A DNA stretch of 64,000 bases from Eledone cirrhosa (taxonomy: Eukaryota): NCBI GenBank assembly GCA_964016885.1, contig OZ024758.1:4960001-5024000 (forward strand). Direction: 5' to 3'. Of the stretch, positions 39,831 through 54,900 are shown piece after piece. The position numbers and the translations under genes are program-made. Positions within the stretch are counted from its first letter, which is position 1; each line of letters opens with the position of its first letter. A model generated the notes under the pieces. It was not told the origin of the DNA, made no database searches, and saw only the letters and a program-made list of their open reading frames with translations.

Positions 39831-41159
39831 TTTTATTTGATTTCGTTTTTGTTTTTTCTTTTTGTTTTCTTCTTTCCTTTTAATTTTATTTTATCTTTTT
39901 TATTTTATACTTTATTTTATTTTCAGTCATGTTTATATTTTATCCTCCCTCTACCCCCCCCCCACCCCCCAACACTAGTCTTGTTAGTATTTCATACACT
40001 TGTATTGACCATAAGAAGTTCGTCAAAAGACTGTTGATAACATCACACACGCACACACAATACATACATACACAGACACACAATACACACACACTATACA
40101 TACACACACACATATATACACACGCACACACACATATATATATATATATATATAAAATAATATTATTTTGTCTGACGAATGAACTGGAAAGAAACAATTC
40201 AGTTATTAAGAAGAGTTAAAATTAATGCATACAAGATTTCACAGCTCTAGCATCACTCCTTCATAGTCAGCCTTGGAAATTTTCAGCCGTACCTTGTACT
40301 TCAAGATTTCACAGCTCTAGCATCACTCTTTCATATTCAGTCTAGTAACGTTTCAGCCGACCCTTGTACTTCTCGATTTCACAGCTCTAGCAACACTCCT
40401 TCATAGCCAGTCTATGAAATTTTCAGCCGCCCCTTTTATATATTTCTTCCTATTTTTTTCTTTTTTCTATTTGTTGTTTGTTTTCTTCTTTCCTTCACTC
40501 ACTCATTCACTCACTCATTCCCCCCTTCTATCTATTCCAGTTCATCTCAACCCAAACCAATCAATCACAGATATTTCCAATCTTTTCTATTCAGACTATT
40601 GAACTCCATTAACTTCAGTTTTGATACTGGCAAATAATGGATTTTTTAATATTTCATGAAGAGTATCAAACTCCTAATTTTCTGATTGCTGTAATATGAA
40701 GGTATTGTGTCTTTATTACTTTATTCATTGCATTAGCCATTGGAGTCAATGTTTGTGGCTAGAATCTATTTAATCATTTTAGAAAATAGTTGAACGTACC
40801 GTTATGATGGCGTGTTGAAAGATGAAAACCACTTTTTATTCTTTTACACCTAAAAGGATACTAACACACTACATATTATGGATATTCTCGTTATTTGTAT
40901 TTCTATTTCAATTTGCTAAAAGAACTTTCTCGGGAGATATTGTCAAATGTTTTATCTTAAGTAGTTTTCCATTCGTTAATACATTTTTATATGTTAATGT
41001 CCTACTTCCTCTCATCAGTTGAGCAGGTTTCGGTTTTATTTTAAATATGAAATAGGCCAATTCTATTGACCATGCGGAAACTTCAGATAATATTAAAGGG
41101 TGCTGGATTAAGAGTATCTGTAGCGCAGCGTGCGAAATGCTGTGTTGTATCTCATCCTC

Positions 41160-41352
41160 GTCATCGCGTGGCTTCAGCCGAAATGGACTCAACAATTGAT
41201 CTCCACGTGGGTCTGTCATTCATTGCCGTTGCCAAGTCCTGGATTTCGATACCAGAATCTCTGGAGATGACATCGGGGTAGGAGAGCTTGTTATTAGTGA
41301 CTGCTTGTGGTTTCCAAAGCACTAATGGGGACACAGCCTCGTAGGTGGCACG
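41160..41352 (-). mobile_element. RTE-like LINE 3' end
   Basis: YEAVSPLVLWKPQ...LSYPDVISRDSGIEIQDLATAMNDRPTWRSIV. Same family as 54490-54900. Confidence 0.75.
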
Positions 41353-41609
41353 ATGGTTGTGGTGGTGGAAGTGTTGATGGTGGCGGTGTTGGTAGTGGTG
41401 GGAGTTGGTGGTGGTGGTGGTGTTGCTGGTGGTGGTGTTGGTAGTGGTGGGAGTTGGTGGTGGTGATGGTGGGAGTGGTGGTTGTTGTAGGTCAGTATTT
41501 AGACATTGTTGGAGAATGAAAGGTGATGGTGGTGGTGATGTTGCGGTGATGGGGGTGATGGTGGGGGTGGGGTGGGTGATGGTTGAAATGTGGTTGGTAT
41601 TTCTAGTTG

Positions 41610-41905
41610 ATTTAAGGATTGCGTAGATGCTTCTGGTATAGGTCAACCAATCGTCTCCGATGGTGTCAGTCGGTGGTAGCTCGTTGACATCCGTACCAGG
41701 TGATGTTGGCGGTTCGTAGGTCGTAGGTCGCTAGAATGTCCACTGCCAGTTCATATTCTGTCGGCCCTCTTTTCCACCGTTTCAGTCGAGTGATATTCTA
41801 GGGGGCGCAGAATGTGACTCGCAAAACGGAACCGGCACTCCGTGACGATCTCTTATTGTGTACGCAATACTGCTCTCGGCAGGATCTCTTCCTTCCTAAC
41901 CAGAT
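41610..41905 (-). mobile_element. Decayed RTE LINE 3' end (another family)
   Basis: RDLVRKEEILPRAVLRTQ*EIVTECRFRFASHILR...DLRTANITWYGCQRATTD*HHRRRLV. Confidence 0.6.
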
Positions 41906-42497
41906 CTCGCCAAGAACCAGTACTTGACTAGTTATTTGTTTATCGACCTTGAAAAGATGAAAAACAAAGGCAGCCTCGGTGGGATCGTAACTTAGCTCAG
42001 CACGCAGAGAGCCGGATCGAATAGGCAAATCATTTTATGCGATGTTCTAATGACTCTGTCAATTTGCTGTCTATTTCTAAATTTAGGATAATAAATAACA
42101 CTGTTTGTGCCAGCTTGCAAACTATGTGTGGGGCTCATGATTTGAACGGAAACATTTATTTCTAGATAAGAATAAGCAATACATTTTATTTTTTCTGGCA
42201 ACGTGGAACTGATTAGGAAATATTTGGAAAAATAACCAAACAAGAAACAGAACAAGCTTCAATGAGAACATGGATAATGTAGACAAAATGTCTAACATGA
42301 AAAGTGAATATCGGATTAAGAAACAATATTGTTGATTGAAATATATGTCAAGATTGTTGGCATCTATGCAGGTGATAAGAATTGTTTCTATTATAGGACC
42401 AGCAATTTTGAGGGAGCAGAAAGTCGGTTAAATCGATCCTCAGTGCGTTACTGGTACTTTATTTTATCGACCCCCGTAAGAATGAAAGGCAAAGCTA

Positions 42498-42673
42498 CCG
42501 TATTTCCCGGCGTCGAAGACGCTACTTTTTTCCTAAAATAAGTCTAAAAAAAATCTACCATGCGTCTTGGAGGCCGAAGGCTGGTCATTATTTTATTTTT
42601 TTTCCAAATTTGGGGTTGTCAAAATTAGGGTGCGTCCTCAAGGACGAAGTGTCTTCGGCGCCGGGAAATACGG
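42498..42673. mobile_element. Tc1/mariner-superfamily (pogo/Tc2-like) MITE nested in a SINE
   Basis: TIR CCGTATTTCCCGGCG and a TA duplication. It splits the SINE motif aaaggcaaag.TA|acctcggcgg. A deleted copy lies at 53367-53510. Confidence 0.85.
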
Positions 42674-42981
42674 TAACCTCGGCGGTATTTGAACTCAGAC
42701 CGTCTCCGCGGGATTTGAACTATCCTTGTGCAGATGATAAGAATAACCGGTTGACGAATCAATATATGTAAAGTAGTTGTTCCTCAGACGAGCTCCACGT
42801 GCTTTTCAAAGAGAAATATGAAATTGCCATTTGTAAATCTATCATTTGTACAAGATGTATATATACAAAATATATTATTGGTAGAAATTAGGATTTCAGA
42901 ATTTAGCATTCAGCTTTCATGTTTCTATGTTCTATACTGCGTTTTGATTGGTCTGTTTACTGATTCCGTTTTGGTGCATTA

Positions 42982-43036
<55 letters not shown>

Positions 43037-43465
43037 CCTCCGTTGGTTACGAAGATAAGCGTTCAGTTGCTTGAAAAATGGAATAGCTTGCCCGCAAAAT
43101 TTACATAGTTCTTAAGAAGATTCAATGTAACACAGTACCTGACAAGACGTTTTCTTTGAATTACTGGTACACCTCATTCTTCCGCAGCTGAGTGGAATGG
43201 AGCAATGTAAAATAACGCGGCCCCGCGAATCATATTCAGTGGTGACAGTCATTGCAAACTTGACTGTCACGACTGAATATGAACCTGAAGATTGAGAAAG
43301 CATGAAAGTACTTGTTAAATAAACATTTAACATTTAATATTCTACCATACTATTTCATTATAATATCATTATAATTTTAAAGGATTGTAAATAAAACGAG
43401 TAAATCAGACAAAGTTGGAATTCCTTTTATTAATATAATCTTCTATACACAATCAGACACACCCG

Positions 43466-43565
<100 letters not shown>

Positions 43566-44240
43566 TATCTAGTATATATATATATATCTAGAGTAGATAT
43601 TGTGCTAAGCCCAAAAGCGAATCAATATTTTGCCAAAATTCTTAAGACTTTCCAATCAAGAATTGAGTTTCGCTTGAGAAACTAAATCCAAATTAATATT
43701 CAGTAAACTTTAATGAATTGTATCTAGCAATAAATTAACAAATAGTTGTGAATCACAAACACCAATGAAAAGATATTAGATTTAGAAAGTATATTAATAT
43801 TCATAAAAATATTTTATTGTTATTGTCTAAAAAAGATATGAATAATAGATATTAATTAAGATCGTATTAATTAAATTAGAAATATAGCTTTAAGTAAAAA
43901 ATATAAAATAAAACTTAAATAAAGCAAAAACAAATAATCTTGAACATATTTGTCCAGTTGTGTAAAGTGTATATATGTTAGTATGTATGCACACTTGAGT
44001 ATACAAGAACACACTCACAGACACTGACGCACACACCACCAGCACACACACAGACACTGACACCCACACAGCCGCACACACACACACACACGTGTGTGTG
44101 TATAAATGTAAACTAATATAAAGATACATATGTTTTAGCCAATATTAACCCATGAATGATTAACTTAATAGTGCCATTTGGTGTATATATTTTTGTGCAT
44201 GTATGTATATGTGTATGTATACTATGTATACATCAATCAA

Positions 44241-44293
<53 letters not shown>

Positions 44294-44760
44294 TGAGAGA
44301 GAGGGGGAGAGCGAGAGATGGCCTCTTCAGTAAATATGTGGCAGATATCACGCACATATACACATACACAAACACACACACACACACACACATTTATATA
44401 TATATATATATATATATAACACACACACACATACACATATATGTATATATGTCTACGTAATGCTGTGAATAATGCAAAAATATATATTCTAAAATAAAGA
44501 TTTCAAGAACAATTTTAACCCATAGAATAACATTATATATATACATATATGTGTGTGTGTGTATGTGTGTGTGTGTGTGTGTGTGTGTTTAGAATGTTGA
44601 GAAGTGACTCACGATTTAATATATATTAGGAAAATAAAAGAAACAGTAGAAAATGCTAATGGGATTTTCTCATAAAATAACCGCAAATTTAAATATATGT
44701 TTTGCGGTTATTCTGTGAAAAGATCCCATTAGCATTTTCTAATGTTTTTCTTGTTATATA

Positions 44761-44792
<32 letters not shown>

Positions 44793-45534
44793 TCTAATAT
44801 CCTACTAGCTGATATCTATTAAATATACAAGATACCCCCTCTATATCGTATCGTATATCAAAACTTATTTGTGCTAATTATTCTGAGGAGAGATCTGACA
44901 AGTGTCTCTTTCTGAAAGCCTTGCAATTCATGTCTAGTGTTGCAGCGATCCTTCATCACAGAATGTTTGGACATAATTACATACAGACAAGAGATCTATT
45001 TATAAACACGTCGATCAAAAGAAACAAATTTCTACAAATTTCAAATTTGATGACATAATATATAAATTAAACGATTTTATTATATATTATTTACAATTTA
45101 TATGTAGGTAGGTCTTTCTGGAAATAAGGTTAGGGTGTGCTGAGGGCATTACATGGTCCCAAACGTTTGAGAACCTCTGGTTTAGGTGTTTTATATCAAT
45201 ACATCAGTTATTAATTGACTTTATCCTTAAATGTCTGTTTAACTTGATTGTGATTTACAAGTTTAAAGTTTTAAACTTGCTTGAACTAATTGTCATATAT
45301 TCTGGTTAATAACAAGAGGAATATAATTCAGCTTATTTGAGCTGCTTATTATTACTGTAAGATATATTGATATATTGTTGGTGTCTTATGTAAAGGGTTA
45401 TCTAAGCTGACTTATATTGTTAACCGAACATTTCGTATAATAAGGGTAATGTAAACATTGTAACTCAGTTTGTCAGAAGGAAATAAATCAGACGGCGGTC
45501 TTAACATGGGAGTTATTGGATGATATGAGCCTAT

Positions 45535-45621
<87 letters not shown>

Positions 45622-45857
45622 CTCTCTGTATATATATATATATATATATATATAAACGGAGAGAGAATAACAAAATTATACTTTAAACATAATTATATAT
45701 TATCATATATTGGTAAACTCCAATGTAACCATATATATATATATATATATACATATATTCTTATATATTATGTATACTCCAGTCCTACAAACAGTAGAGT
45801 GCTTCTTATCCGATATCTGCATTGCTTTATTGTACTACAATAAAACTCACCTCCTAC

Positions 45858-45908
<51 letters not shown>

Positions 45909-46285
45909 CATATATACATATATATATACATATATATATATACATATATATATATATATGAAATATATGAAATATATGAAATATATGAAATATATGAAAT
46001 ATAAGAATCAAAGAACTGTTCAAAACATAATGTTTTGAACAGTTCTTTGATTCTTATATTTCATATAACTGCTCTGTAAATCATCTGATGTTTTTACATT
46101 GAGCTACTTAACTTACTGGTAATAAGGTAGTAATACATTACTGCCTACCACTATTTAGGGTGTGTGTAAAATACTTACAACTGCTTAAGGTTTTGTGTTT
46201 ACATAACCATAAATAGTATAACTAATACTATATATATATATATATATACATATATATGTATATATATATATACATATATATATAC

Positions 46286-46322
<37 letters not shown>

Positions 46323-46351
46323 CATATATATACATACATATATATATATAC

Positions 46352-46402
<51 letters not shown>

Positions 46403-46490
46403 TATAAATGTTTTTAATTAAACATACGGTATATTGACAAATATACTATACATACATTCATGTATACATCGCTATTTCAGAGCACCAATA

Positions 46491-46544
<54 letters not shown>

Positions 46545-47076
46545 CAAGTAGGACCGTGAAATACATAAATCTGTACATAGATATACCTAGAACAAACGCT
46601 AAGTAATTATTGAATGCCCTGTACGGAAATAATACATTCCAAAATCATAACCAACAATAAACAAGACATTTAGTGGTTAAGATCATCGGATTCCGAACTC
46701 GTAAATAATACATTCATAAAACCAAAGCCAATCATGAAATAAGACATCATCTATAATCCCTACCTCAGATCATACATACATCCCAACCCCTAAACCGCTG
46801 TTAATATGAGTATAGGGAAGACGGTCTTTTTCAGGCTGCAGCCGTCAAATTACGCAGTTTCTGTATAACAATAGACATTAAACAATATCAATTATTATCT
46901 GCAGCAACTATTTTGGGAATGACTGGTCTATATTCTAAAGCAGGAGTTTGGTTCGGGGACCATTTCTTATAGTTTCTAATATTTTTTTTTTTTTCGTTCA
47001 GATTGCTGCTGTTTAAGATTATATTTGTAGTGTATATTAAATTCAGCATTTTTTTTTTCAATTTACATACACACGC

Positions 47077-47143
<67 letters not shown>

Positions 47144-47316
47144 ATATGTGTGTGTGTGTATGTGTATAAATATATATATATGTGTGTGTGTATATGTGTG
47201 TGTGTATATATATGTGTGTGTGTGTATATATATATATGCATTTAAATTTAATGAATATATTTAAAGAAACATGATCATCATACACATTAAATATGAATTG
47301 ATACTTTAACATAGTT

Positions 47317-47404
<88 letters not shown>

Positions 47405-47725
47405 CACATACATATTCAGACTTTGGTTTAACGAATGAAAATGAGATTGAGCTAATTACTCATTTCCTCTGCTACATATTTTGACAAAAGATTTTAAAAT
47501 CCTGGTTCTGTGTTAATTTCCTCCGTCTAGCAATCATTATCGTAGAAAGTCTTTAGATAAATTAACGAGTGAAATAATGACAAAAGTTAATTGATGTTTC
47601 TCCCAGTATACCAAGATTAGAAAAATGTATGCAATCGTAATTATTCTTTCTGTTTTACCACAATCAATAATTGGGAATAAGATAATATTTATAGGAGTTA
47701 AGCGCTACATGAACGGTATTTAGGC

Positions 47726-47787
<62 letters not shown>

Positions 47788-47792
<5 letters not shown>

Positions 47793-48045
47793 GGAGGTGA
47801 GTTTTATTGTAGTACAATAAAGCAATGCAGATATCGGATAAGAAGCACTCTACAGTTTGTAGGACTGGAGTATACATAATATATAAGAACAAAAGATGGT
47901 TAAAGGAGTTCCATGTATTTTATTATGCGCATTTCAAAAACAAACATCATCATGCAATAATATTTGTGTTTTCATCAGATAAAACAGGAAGACATGATAT
48001 GAAGGTTAAAAAACACTTGTGGATAGTGCAGTTTTAAATCAACAC
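47788..48045 (-). mobile_element. Family B pseudo-LTR remnant (hammerhead plus terminus ...aaaactcacctcctaca), within (TA)n
   Basis: The terminus recurs at 45755-45860 (+) and 59071-59112 (-). The hammerhead part recurs at 59430-59595 (+). Confidence 0.7.
47916..47986 (-). ncRNA. Type I hammerhead ribozyme, family B
   Basis: Minus strand: tgttttat-CTGATGA-aaacacaaatattat(tgcatg)atgatgtttgttttt-GAAA-tgcgca-TA-ataaaata. Confidence 0.82.
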
Positions 48046-48191
48046 ATATATATATATATATGCAGAGGTTATATTTAATTTGTTGGGATTCAACAAGCTT
48101 AAACATTTTTATAACTGATATAAAATTGAAATATATATAATAAAATAAATATGGTTTTATAAATATAGTTTCAATTTATTAATATATTGTT

Positions 48192-48246
<55 letters not shown>

Positions 48247-48370
48247 TTTGGCCAACGATTCATCATCATCATCAGCACCATCATCGTGGTCTGACATCAT
48301 AAACGATGATTCAGAAAAGGGACTGTCCATATCGATTGCAACTAGGTTGGTAGTATATATATATATATAT

Positions 48371-48401
<31 letters not shown>

Positions 48402-48448
48402 CAAACACATATATATATGTATATATACACACACACACATATATATAT

Positions 48449-48481
<33 letters not shown>

Positions 48482-48508
48482 CACACACATATATATATAT
48501 GTATATAT

Positions 48509-48543
<35 letters not shown>

Positions 48544-48548
48544 CACAC

Positions 48549-48635
<87 letters not shown>

Positions 48636-48705
48636 GTATGTATGGTATCGTGATAGAGTCGTAGGGGCACCGTATTGACAAACGGCGTTTCTTAGGCATT
48701 TTAAA

Positions 48706-48860
48706 CCTGGCGGCGCCCATCCCTCTCCAGGTCTGACCTGGCGGAGTCTATCCCTCTCCAGGTCTGACCTGGCGGCGCCCATCCCTCTCCAGGTCTGACC
48801 TGGCGGAGTCCATCCCTCTCCAGGTCTGACCTGGTGGCGCCCATCGCTCTCCAGGTCTGA
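48706..48860. repeat. 31-bp tandem repeat, 5 copies
   Basis: Unit acctggcgg(cg/ag)(c/t)ccatccctctccaggtctg. A single-unit homologue of this region lies at about 27125-27270. Confidence 0.9.
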
Positions 48861-49094
48861 GTACAGAAGATTTCTTCCAGAGAAGGATGAAAAGTGAGAG
48901 CAAGGAAATGAGAAAGAGATATAGAGGAAGAAAAGAATCGACGTCAGTACTTGACTGGTATTTTTTTTATCGACCTCGAAATGTTTAAGGCAAAGTTGAC
49001 TTCGGTGGGATTTGAACTCCGAGAGCAGAGAACCGGAAGGAATACCATAAAGCATTCTATCCGACATTCTAACGACTCAGCCTATTCTCTCCCT

Positions 49095-49720
49095 AAGCTG
49101 GAAGCACACATGGTTAATATGAGACATGCGGGCAAATTTTGATCTGGGTTCTATGCTGTTGTTTCACCGTTCTTTCCGTATCTCCTTTTGCGCTGAAGAT
49201 TAAACCTTGCAAACAGTTTTAAAGGAGGAGACATATTTTTAGATGTTTTGTGGCCAGGCCATCTGATCGGAAGTTGTCACCAGGCCATCTGATCGGAAGT
49301 TGTCACCAGGCCATCTGATCGGAAGTTGTCACCAGGCCATCTGATCGGAAGTTGTCACCAGGCCATCTGATCGGAAGTTGTCACCAGGCCATCTGATCGG
49401 AAGTTGTCACCAGACCTTCTGATCGGAAGTTGTCACCAGGCCTTCTGATCGGAAGTTATAATCGACTATTGTTGATATGCATTGAGGGTTTCTTCAGCGA
49501 ATTCGCGTCACTTTCTTTTCTATGGTGCCACTGATGTCACGGTTGCCAGTGAAGATTTGCTATACATCACATTATAAAGTAGGCGATGATACTCTATCGA
49601 GGAAACATGCCTTGCTCAACGTAGCTGTGTCTTTCACACTATATCCTTGATGCTGGAGACCTCCACTTGCTCGAGGATATTAATGCTGGTAACGAATCAC
49701 TTTAGTAGAGAATGAGGATG
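49095..49720 (-). mobile_element. Decayed RTE-BovB-like LINE 3' region containing a 26-bp tandem expansion
   Basis: KTQLR*ARHVSSIEYHRLLYNVMYSK resembles QLRWxGHVxRM..xRLP..xLYxEL. A downstream KRR.RK..PDQ segment is also present. Confidence 0.55.
49253..49458. repeat. 26-bp tandem repeat, 8 copies
   Basis: Unit ccaggccatctgatcggaagttgtca. Confidence 0.95.
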
Positions 49721-51611
49721 ATGCAAAAGCAGCATTAGGGAAGCTCAAATAGTGCTTACAGTAACTAATGTACGACTATTCTAGTTGTAACCTTCTACCA
49801 AACAACTTTTAAAGACCTATAATATATTATGCTCAACACCGAAGGAATTAAAACTGACTAGCAGAAAAACCACCCTAGGGGTGGTTTTTCTGCTAGCATG
49901 TGTAGTGTGTATATTGATATTATACGCAGGTATATATACATGTAGATATGATACATCAAATAAAATCGTAATTGACAATAGACACAGAAATTGAACGAAG
50001 GCTGCGTTACACTGTCTTATGTAATCAGTAACGTAATCCATGATACATTAAAAAAAAGACGATATTATATATAAACTGCATTAGGAGAAAATTAGTGACG
50101 GAAATATATGAATATTTATTTAAGTGATCGCTAAGCGGAAGTGTTGACATTTGAAAATTTTAAAGAAGTGAATCTTAAAATAACCAACAAAATTATATTT
50201 AATCAAGAATAACGAAATTTAGTAGATAAATTATGTAATATTCATTCATTATTTATTCAAAGAAATCCAACTTATTTTACAAACGGGATAAAAAAAATAT
50301 ATTCTGGACGCAATCCCGCACCCCTTTCTTTATTGTAGTTTAGATTCTATTCCAGCATATATAAATCCTATCCTAGCGTAGCAGATCACGCGACGGAATA
50401 TAACATGGCGGCTATATATTTTTCTCAATTTTATGTATTTTTAATGTGAAATATTCATTCACTGTCATTAATTTGATTTAACTTTAAGCGATTGCATAGA
50501 AATAAAATCGAAATTTGTTAAATAATCTTTTCAATCAACTATGCCCGTATGTAGAAAATTGTTTCAACTGTTGATGGTAACTAAAGTTTCCGGCTTTGAT
50601 TACAAGCATTAAAAACCATGAAATATAATTACACATAAAATGAAGTATCAGACCTGTCAGAGAAAACTGTAGTATTAAATATATATTTAGTGGCTCTCCA
50701 TCGGTTATAACGATGAGTGTTACAGTTGATCCGATCAACGGAACAACCTGCTTGTGAAATTAACGTGCAAGTGGCTGAGAATTACACAAATACGTGTACC
50801 CTTAACATAGTTCTCAGGGAGATTCGACGTGGCACAGAATATGACAAGGTTCGCCCTTCGAATTACAAAAACACCTCATTTTTGCAAGCTGAGTGAACTG
50901 GAGCAACGTGATATAAAGTGTATTGCTGAAGGACATAGCGCGTCGCTGGGTATCGAACTCCGGACTTTACGATTGTGAGCCGAATTCCTTAAACACAAAG
51001 CCACGTGCCTTCGTTGTACTGAATACTGATTTCTAGTATAGACACAAGGCTAGTAATTTGGGGGAAGGGGAAAGTCGATTAAATCGACCCCAGTACGTTA
51101 CTGGTACTTTATTTTATCGACTCCGTAACGATGAAAGGCAAAGTTAACCTCGACGGGATTTGAAATAAGACCGTAAAGCGGCGTAACTCTATGCTGCAAA
51201 GCATGGTGTCCGACCCTCTACTAATACTGCCAATCCACCACCCAGGTAGTACTGAATAATAATTGTGGAACTAATGTCTTTTTTTTAAATTATAATTTAA
51301 TCTGGGTGAAAAGGGAGCAATCATTAAACCGCGGTTTAACCGAAACCTACCCTTACCATTTATATGCCAATATCTACAAGAAAAATATGAACGGGAACGA
51401 ATGTAAGGTCTTATCTGTATGCTTTCAATGCAGAGACCTCCACTAAAAGCAGCCATTTTTTTTTAACCGAGTTGCAAATAGCATTTTCCAAATAAAATTT
51501 AGTTTGTATATAAAACACTTTACTTTAGTTGAAATATTTGCTTTCGTTGAAAATTTAAGTTCTAAGCTTTTATTATCTGCTATGTGTTATTTATTTATTT
51601 ATTTATTTGTA

Positions 51612-51649
<38 letters not shown>

Positions 51650-52163
51650 TTTTTTAAACAAAAAGAAAATTAAATTCATCAAATATAAACATGGCCTGTG
51701 TTAAAAAAAAACAAAATTTGATACAAAAGAATTTTTTCTGTTGGGATGAAACGGAAAAAGTTAATATTTGTATTTACAAAATAACGCGTAAATACTATTT
51801 AGCCGGTAGGTGGACAGCAAATGTATTTTAACTCATTCATCCTGATCAAATGAAATTAAAATGGCGGCTCAATTCTTTTATTATAGTTATTTTGTATTGT
51901 TGATTCTCAATTTTTTAATTTATTCTATTGTTTTGTTTTCAACTACAAGCATTGTTGGAGTATTTTTGTTTTCTGTTGTCCTGATGGCTTCATTCTTTCC
52001 TTTCTTTCTTTCTTTCTTTCTTTTCTTTTTTTCTTTTTTTCTTTTGCTTTTTTTCTTTTTCTTTTTTCTTTCTTTCTTTCTTTTCTTCTTTCTTCTCTTT
52101 CTTTCTTTTCTTCTTTTTTCTCTTTCTTTCTTTCTTTCTACACTGCAGTCCTATATTGCAGTC

Positions 52164-52236
<73 letters not shown>

Positions 52237-52511
52237 GTTGTCTCACTTTCTACTAAATATTTCTCTTATTCATAAAGTAAAATATTTATAATAATGTCTT
52301 TTTTTCCACGTCTAACAGCTGCTTTTTAGCCTCAGAAGTTCCAACAATTTGTTGTACAGTCTTCAATGATGTCCAACTATGTAAAAGTAGCTTGGACAAT
52401 TTCGAATGACGTAAGCTGGATTATGTCATATATCATATATCATTGTCTTGAGTAATGTATTGACATTTTGTTTTAAAATATTACCTTGGAATGGTAATGG
52501 CATGGATGGAA

Positions 52512-52614
52512 TGGACTAGATACCTTGGCATTGTAAGGGACTAGGTACCTTGGCATTGTAATGGACTAGGTACCTTGGCATTGTAATGGACTAGGTACCT
52601 TGGCATTGTAATGG
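52512..52614. repeat. 25-bp tandem repeat, 4 copies
   Basis: Unit tggactaggtaccttggcattgtaa. Confidence 0.9.
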
Positions 52615-54489
52615 TAAAATTGAGAATTGGACTTGTTTTACATTGTTCCAGTTCAGCCCGCATCAAGCTGACCTATCATTCAACGGTCTCTTATCTATCA
52701 AGTCTTAACTATCCCGTATTTGTTTCAGGTACTGTGTATCTAGGAGTACATTATTCAATGTGCCCTTCTTAAGGAAGCAAGTTAGGTTAAGGTAGATTTG
52801 GTTGTTATTTCTAATAAGTAGGATGACCACAAAAATACTTCTTCATTGCTCGCGAACTGCTTATTGTCACACAGAGGAAGGCTTAAATTCAACAAAGCAA
52901 CCTAGGTAGATAATATCCCCTCTGCAAGCCAAGTTTGGTAATGTTGAGCAGTTCACTGATACAGATACAGTCGCTGAGTCGCTTGCCAGTGATAAGTCTC
53001 ATGATGTGGTTCTGGAATGTAGAAAGCTTCTGAAAGGTATTAAGCGTTTTTAAAAAATGCTAGAAATAGCACCCTATCGACTAAAAAATGAAAGAGAATA
53101 TTAAATATTGTAGTCCTTAATACAATATTCTGATGAAGAATACATTTAATCACACATTTACTTAACAGGAGGGGTAGGGATAAACCCTACATTGGGATAA
53201 ACCCCTACAACAATAAATGCGTAGGACAAGAGAAAGTTACAGGAAGAAAGGGCTTACAGTAAATGCATTGTTGGTATGATGTTTAGTCAAAGGTCATGTA
53301 GCCAAACGCATCATATATAGCTAAATAAGGGGTAACATATTAAATAGAGTGAGTCAAACAAACTTACCATATTTCCCGGCGTCTAAGACGCTACTTTTTT
53401 CCTAAAATAAGTCTCAAAAATCTACCATGCATCCTGGAGGCCGAAAGTTGTTTATTTTAATTCTTTTCAAAGTTTTGGTTGTCAAAACTAGGGTGCGTCG
53501 GGAAATATGGTAATTAGATGAAATTACAATAATAATTAAGGAAACCAACGTTATCTTTCTGCTTAACTAAGACTTAGAAGAAAAAACTTAAAATTAGATT
53601 TAATTAAAATTATTATAAGTCGGAATATCTCTGTGTCTGCTGAATGAGTTTCATCTCTGGAAAGTACAGTAAACATTCCGAACTTTAAATTTAATTTTAA
53701 TAGTTGTTTTACCTACGATTTTTCTCCATTTTTAATTGATAAAGTTTTTGTTGTTGTTGTTGTGTTTGCTTATTTCATTAAGTATGCTACCACCTACTTA
53801 ATTGTTTGTTCTTCATGCCAAAGGCGTCCCTGTATAATGCTATTCCCCAATAATATACACACACATGCAAACACATATGTGTGTGTGTGTGTACATATAT
53901 TTCTTACACTAACGAGTGTGTGTGTGTGTGTGTGTATGTGTGTGTTAAAATTACTTAATATAACATGAAAACTATCTGAATACACACTTATATTGACATC
54001 TACATAGCACTACTATATAAATACACTTATGGGCGTTGTAGACGACTCCCACTAGTCATTAAAATAGAATATAGATTTAAACTACATCTTAATACATTCC
54101 GCAACACTTTTATTGAGAGGTGTAGCATATAATACTTCAATGAACGTGACACATTGCTTTCTATACTACATACTTTGGTGGAAATATAAACTTCTGACAC
54201 AGTAAGCCCCCACCAAGATCCGCCCTACATATTAGAATCTCCCTTTTTCAGTATTCTTACTGTAATATTAAGTAATTTGCCCTATCACCCCACCACCGAA
54301 AATAGTGCTCATTCGATATGCTTCCCCATCTATGATTTTCTTACAAATATTGACCTACAGATTGCTAACATAGAACACAAAACCTGCTTCGTCAAGCTTA
54401 CCAGTCATAGACGATATACAAAAGATCATAGACATTGCTTTTCCTACTCTGACCAATTTCTAAAGAATTCAATAGGTTTCACTTTATCA

Positions 54490-54900
54490 TCACCCGGCGG
54501 CCTCAGTCGAAATCGACTCAACAATTGATCTCCACGTCTGTCTGGTCGTTCATTGCCGTTGCTAAGTCCTGGATTTCGATACCAGAATTTCTGGAGATGA
54601 CATCGGGGTAGGAGAGCTTGCGCCCCCTGTTATTAGTGACTGCTTGTGGTTTCCAAAGCATTAATGAGGACACAGCCTCGTAGGCGGCACAATGGCAGTG
54701 GCCAGCAAATCTTACTCTCCTTTTACGTACAACTACAGATATGCATGGGAGGCCGGCATATATCTCTCTCAAAGTCAGATGTCGCCAGCTTATGTTCTGA
54801 ATGAGTTAAAGCAGGTGAGTGTAAGTGCCATCAGGGTGCTTTTGCTGTTTCGATGAAAGCGTCCATGTTTCACTTCCATATAGCAAGATTGGTTGAATTC
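54490..54900 (-). mobile_element. RTE-like LINE 3' fragment
   Basis: PILLYGSETWTL...REIYAGLPCISVVVRKRRVRFAGHC...LWKPQ...GRKLSYPDVISR. Confidence 0.8.
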
